Source: Trichosphaerium sp. ATCC 40318
Taxonomy: Eukaryota; Protista; Tubulinea
Assembly: GCA_038496445.1 (NCBI GenBank)
Contig: JALMLS010000479.1
Span: 186,001 to 250,000, forward strand
Direction of reading: 5' to 3'
Length of the DNA stretch: 64,000 nucleotides
Below are positions 62,901 to 64,000 of the stretch, piece by piece. The translations under genes were made by a program, and so were the position numbers. Every line of letters starts with the position of its first letter. Position 1 is the first letter of the stretch. The notes beneath the pieces are model-generated. The model had not been told where the DNA came from and ran no database searches. It worked only from the letters and a program-made list of their open reading frames with translations.

Positions 62901-64000
62901 GATCTTTATCAAACTGCCCTTTATTGCTCAATATCAATCCAAGAACTTGAAAAAAGTAAAAAGTCAGTTCGTCAATGCTTGTTAGTAACAATATTGAAAT
63001 GTACCCTCAATCGTTTTACCTGAAAATACAACAGTTAGTTTAAGTGACTGAATGAATATATGTCTATTGCGCGTACCTAGACCCATTTCATCAGCAAGAA
63101 CACCTCCAAGGAACGTTGCTTGTCGTTTGTAACTATCATATTGAAATCTTGGAATAATCAACTTGTTCTTCAAGTCAAACATGATATTCGATCCTGATGA
63201 TGTCCATGGGACAAGAGGTAAATAATTCAAATCTAAAGACATCTTAGCAACTCAACTACTAAGATTGTCCAGTACATTCGTTGGCATCAATCTGTTCTTC
63301 AATATTCACCATCCAACTGACACACTCTAGTTGGTAGTTATATAACTTCACGTTGAGACATGAAGGTTGTTCGATGGCGCGAAGTATGTTCTAATAAATT
63401 ATTAAGTTCAAGAACCGCACTTATAAACAGTAACAGTACTAAGCACATAGTACAAAAGTGGAAAGAGCAAAAAATACCTTTGGTATCTTTGGTGATTTGA
63501 AATCATAAGTTGACACATCTAAAAGACGTCCAAGCTCCGGATACAACTGACATAACATACAATGGAATAATATATGTTGGTTTTCAACAACAGATCCCTT
63601 TGCTATTTTTCTTTCAAGCCTGTAATGTTCCGTGTCAATAAACAACAAATGAACAAAACACAACTTACTGTTTTAAATTTATTTCAATGTCAACTGTATT
63701 ATGTCTCTTACCTTTCTTATACCTCCAAACTCTCTCCTACATAATCAATTAGGTAAAATACAGTACTGTGATATTATGTACTTTGTAAAACGGTTCGATG
63801 CTGAACTGATCATTGCTGTAAAGAAGTCGAAGTTTTGTCCATTGACAAATAAGTAAACTGCTTTTCAATTTTCCTTTGGAGTACAGTTTTCCAGTATTAT
63901 CGAGATTCTACGACAAATATGAGTGTATACTCTATAATTCTACTCAAAAGTAGCATAGTGAATAACACGTGCCACTAAATGCATGAAGTGTCTCGGTGTT
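59989..64000 (-). CDS. SNF2-family helicase (Rad5/Rad16/SHPRH-like), 5' end probably outside the window
   Basis: GGVLADEMGLGKT, CPSHLAKQW, WHRIILDEGHE, WYVTGTP, YGAKI, LLLSTKKAASGTNL, QAIGRAYRMGQ, RFVVKNTVE. The stop position is uncertain. Confidence 0.88.

Noticed and set aside
1-64000. Alternative genetic code or stop-codon readthrough to explain the fragmented ORFs
   Set aside because: The breaks I traced in conserved genes resolve as short GT/GC-AG introns, and TAA, TAG and TGA all end genes.
1-64000. CRISPR arrays, rRNA genes and U12-type introns
   Set aside because: No repeat-spacer array, rRNA-like sequence or RTATCCTT donor at an exon boundary was seen by eye.

Overview
Gene-dense, AT-rich eukaryotic nuclear DNA with many short spliceosomal introns (mostly ~37-90 nt) and the standard genetic code. 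The gene set (Roco-type COR-kinase, P2C ATPase, GH81) suggests a free-living protist, probably an amoebozoan (inference). 1-36 kb holds ordinary genes: Roco kinase, two syntaxins, HDAC1/Rpd3, intronless F-box/LRR, CHMP2, FAD oxidoreductase, PTC7 phosphatase, RIC1, ProX deacylase, a tRNA-like element, a GNAT, DDX6 and a complete Na+/K+-ATPase-type alpha subunit. 36-50 kb is a scrambled, repeatedly inverted re-copy of one local locus (ATPase, two F-box/LRR genes, GH81) joined at short microhomologies. This is most likely a whole-genome-amplification or long-read chimera rather than biology. 50-64 kb holds F-box/LRR, GH81, a 2OG-Fe(II) oxygenase and a SNF2 helicase. The best candidate for a new system is the oxygenase at 57707-59861. 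An IPNS-like catalytic domain is fused in frame to a disordered tail carrying eight copies of a conserved [ST]G[IV]PxTK peptide, the architecture of a self-modifying enzyme-precursor fusion. All gene models were spliced by eye and no database searches were run.
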